Assembly (NCBI GenBank): GCA_963806035.1
Contig: CAWDWO010000016.1
Location: 74,581-138,580, forward strand
Direction: 5' to 3'
Source of the DNA: Candidatus Krumholzibacteriota bacterium
GTDB taxonomy: Bacteria; Krumholzibacteriota; Krumholzibacteriia; JAJRXK01
DNA length: 64,000 bases
The translations under genes were made by a program, and so were the position numbers. Shown here in pieces: positions 61,846-64,000 of this stretch (within the stretch, counting starts at the first letter, position 1; the number at the start of each line of letters is the position of its first letter). The notes beneath the pieces were generated by a model. It searched no databases. It saw only the letters and a list, made by a program, of their open reading frames with translations, and was not told the origin of the DNA.

Positions 61846-64000
61846 CTACCCCCTGAGCTTGTTCCCTACGGTCTGAAGGGTTTCCGGGTTGCGCGAATCT
61901 CGCGCCTGTTCGGCCGCGCGCAGCACGATGACCGTGAGGTCATCGCCGGCGTTTTGCTCGGCCGCCCCCTGTTTGCCCCCAATATGGGCGAAAACCGAGC
62001 TGCGGATCTCCTGGGCCAGGGCCGCGGCCCCACAGGTGGCATTGCGGCAAACCACGTCCACCAGCCCGTTCGAACCGAATTGATTTTCCCGCTCGTCCTC
62101 GGCCTCGGTGACGCCGTCGGTGTAGAGCACCAGGGTGTCGCCCTCGTGCAGCTCCACCGTGCTCTCGGGGTACTCCATGCCGGGGAAGGCTCCCAGGGGC
62201 GTGGCGCCGTCCTCCAGCCACACGCAGCTGCCGTCGGCACGGCGCAAGAGTGGCGGGTTGTGGCCGGCGCTCGAGTACACGATGCGGCCCTCCTCCGGTT
62301 CCAGAGCCGCGAAGAAGAGGGTGGCGAAACGGTCGCTGTCGGTGCTCTCGAAGAGCGAAGTGTTCACCGCTTTGAGGATGGCGGCCGGGCTGGTGTGCAT
62401 GGACGAGAGGGCGCGCAAAGAAGCCTGCAGGTTGCTCGCCAGAAGCGAAGCCCCCATTCCCTTTCCCGACACGTCGCTGATGACCAGGCTGAGACGTCCA
62501 TCGTGCAGGGAGACGAAATCGTAGTAGTCGCCGCTGATCTGGCGCGAGGGCAGATTGATGGCCGCGATGTCATAGCCGGGAATCGCCGGCACCTTCGAGG
62601 GGAGGAGTCTCTGCTGAATCGAACGGGCCAGGGCGAGTTCTTCCTCCAGCTGACGGCGCGAGAGCGCGTCGTCGTACAGACGCGTGTTTTCCAGCTGGAC
62701 GCCCATCTGTCCCGCCACGATGGTCAAAAGGTCGAGCTCCGCGTTGTTGTACTCTTCCTCGCTGCGTTTCCGTCCCAGACACATCGCCGCCACCAGGCGA
62801 TCGCCGGCCAGAGCCGGGACCACGACTTCATATCCGTTTTCGGTGAGGACACGCAGCTCGCTCTCCAGCTCCGTTCGCTGTTCGCTCGCGGTCACACTGG
62901 CTTCGGGCCTCAGCGGCACTTCCAACTGAGACTGGAGAACATCCAGGGTCAGAGCGGAACGACGGCCGGTGAGGTAAGTGGAGAATTCACGGAGTTCGCC
63001 CGTGCCCAGAGGATTGATCAGCTGGAGCACTTCGTCACTGGCGAGCAGGATGACGAAGGACTCGGGATGGAAGAGAGTGGTGATGCGATTTCTCACCAGT
63101 TCGATCAGCGCGCGGCGTTCGATGGTCCGAGGCAGGGCCAGCGCCAGCTCCTGCAGCGCAGCCTGCATGTCGTGCTTCTCGCGGAAGAAGCGTCGCTCCA
63201 GAAAAGTCTGGATGCGATCGCGCGCCGGCGCAAAGGCGGCGGCCACGATCAGAGTGGCGATGATGGCCACGATCTGGTTGGTCTGGCCCGAGGCCTTGAG
63301 CAAGACGTTTCCCACCACGATGATGATGAGAAAGTACGCTCCGACCAACAGACCGGTGAGGATGGCGTAGATCAGTGAACGCCGGATGATGACTTCGACG
63401 TCCATCAGACGATAGCGCGCGATGGAATAGCCGAAGGAGACCGGAATGAGCACCAGCGGCACCGCCCCGAAGAGGGCGAAGTCGCTGCGGCCGGTCCACA
63501 CCTCGAAGATCATGGTGAAGACCAGATAGGGCAGAACTCCCAGGACCGTGCCCAGGGTGAGGATCTTCACTTTCTGCCTCATCTTGATGTCGGTGCTGCG
63601 CAGGTAGGTCGTGATGAGACTGCCCAGACCGATCGTGAAATAGAGCCCCAGCACCATCTGCTGCGAACCGGTGATCTGGGCCGGCCGCGAACCGTAGAAC
63701 TGGTTGTAGGTGAAACTGCCGTAGTAGAGCAAAGGGAGCAGGTAGATCAGGGGCACGATCCAGCGTCGCCGGTGCAGCACTTCGCGATGTTGGGGGAAGA
63801 TGAGGAAAAAGTGCAGAAAGAGCGGCGGCACCAAGAGGGAGGAGAGCGCGCCCATGTTTCGCGAGAAGACCTGACTCCAGTAGTACTCCACCGTGCGCCC
63901 GCTGGAGGAGAAGAAGTAGAGCAGGAAGACCACGCCCAGCAGAAAGAACACGCGCGCCGGGTTTTGCCAGGGGTTCTTCCAGAACACGTAGAGGCCCACC
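61846..64000 (-). CDS. Membrane-bound PP2C/SpoIIE (RsbU-like) phosphatase with a GAF-like domain, N-terminus outside the window
   Basis: Multiple TM helices, a GAF-like region, ARSIQ, SGDYYD, SDVSGKG, SAGH, YTDG and DDLT. Confidence 0.92.
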   Translation of the reverse strand, partial: VGLYVFWKNPWQNPARVFFLLGVVFLLYFFSSSGRTVEYYWSQVFSRNMGALSSLLVPPLFLHFFLIFPQHREVLHRRRWIVPLIYLLPLLYYGSFTYNQFYGSRPAQITGSQQMVLGLYFTIGLGSLITTYLRSTDIKMRQKVKILTLGTVLGVLPYLVFTMIFEVWTGRSDFALFGAVPLVLIPVSFGYSIARYRLMDVEVIIRRSLIYAILTGLLVGAYFLIIIVVGNVLLKASGQTNQIVAIIATLIVAAAFAPARDRIQTFLERRFFREKHDMQAALQELALALPRTIERRALIELVRNRITTLFHPESFVILLASDEVLQLINPLGTGELREFSTYLTGRRSALTLDVLQSQLEVPLRPEASVTASEQRTELESELRVLTENGYEVVVPALAGDRLVAAMCLGRKRSEEEYNNAELDLLTIVAGQMGVQLENTRLYDDALSRRQLEEELALARSIQQRLLPSKVPAIPGYDIAAINLPSRQISGDYYDFVSLHDGRLSLVISDVSGKGMGASLLASNLQASLRALSSMHTSPAAILKAVNTSLFESTDSDRFATLFFAALEPEEGRIVYSSAGHNPPLLRRADGSCVWLEDGATPLGAFPGMEYPESTVELHEGDTLVLYTDGVTEAEDERENQFGSNGLVDVVCRNATCGAAALAQEIRSSVFAHIGGKQGAAEQNAGDDLTVIVLRAAEQARDSRNPETLQTVGNKLRG

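Overview
A gene-dense, high-GC bacterial chromosomal window. An FlgD-Ig/'QNYPNPFNP' C-terminal tag, a second short 'GTIKAQF' C-terminal tag, an archaeal/eukaryal-type ProRS and diderm outer-membrane proteins suggest an FCB-related candidate phylum such as Krumholzibacteriota, Eisenbacteria or Latescibacteria (inference). Most genes are housekeeping: lipA, proS, pdxST, alaS, sat/cysC, lemA-TPM, truA, purB-purL-purQ-purF and rne/rng. The window also holds a cobalamin riboswitch heading a TonB receptor plus a beta-propeller, a sigma54 two-component system with a predicted target operon next to it, and a rearranged PNAG (pga/ica-like) operon. The best novelty candidate is a ~400-nt non-coding segment (about 51305-51705) between purF and a degenerate radical-SAM/TIGR03936 gene. 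It has a long terminal closing helix and many internal hairpins, and I cannot assign it to a known RNA family. Other oddities are a radical-SAM fusion lacking its CxxxCxxC motif, a transaldolase-family protein with a rewired active site, a putative tandem PurS-like protein, an archaeal-type GAPDH-like protein, and purL broken by three apparent indels (probably assembly errors). I saw no rRNA, tRNA, CRISPR array or mobile element. All calls come from reading motifs by eye; no database searches were run.
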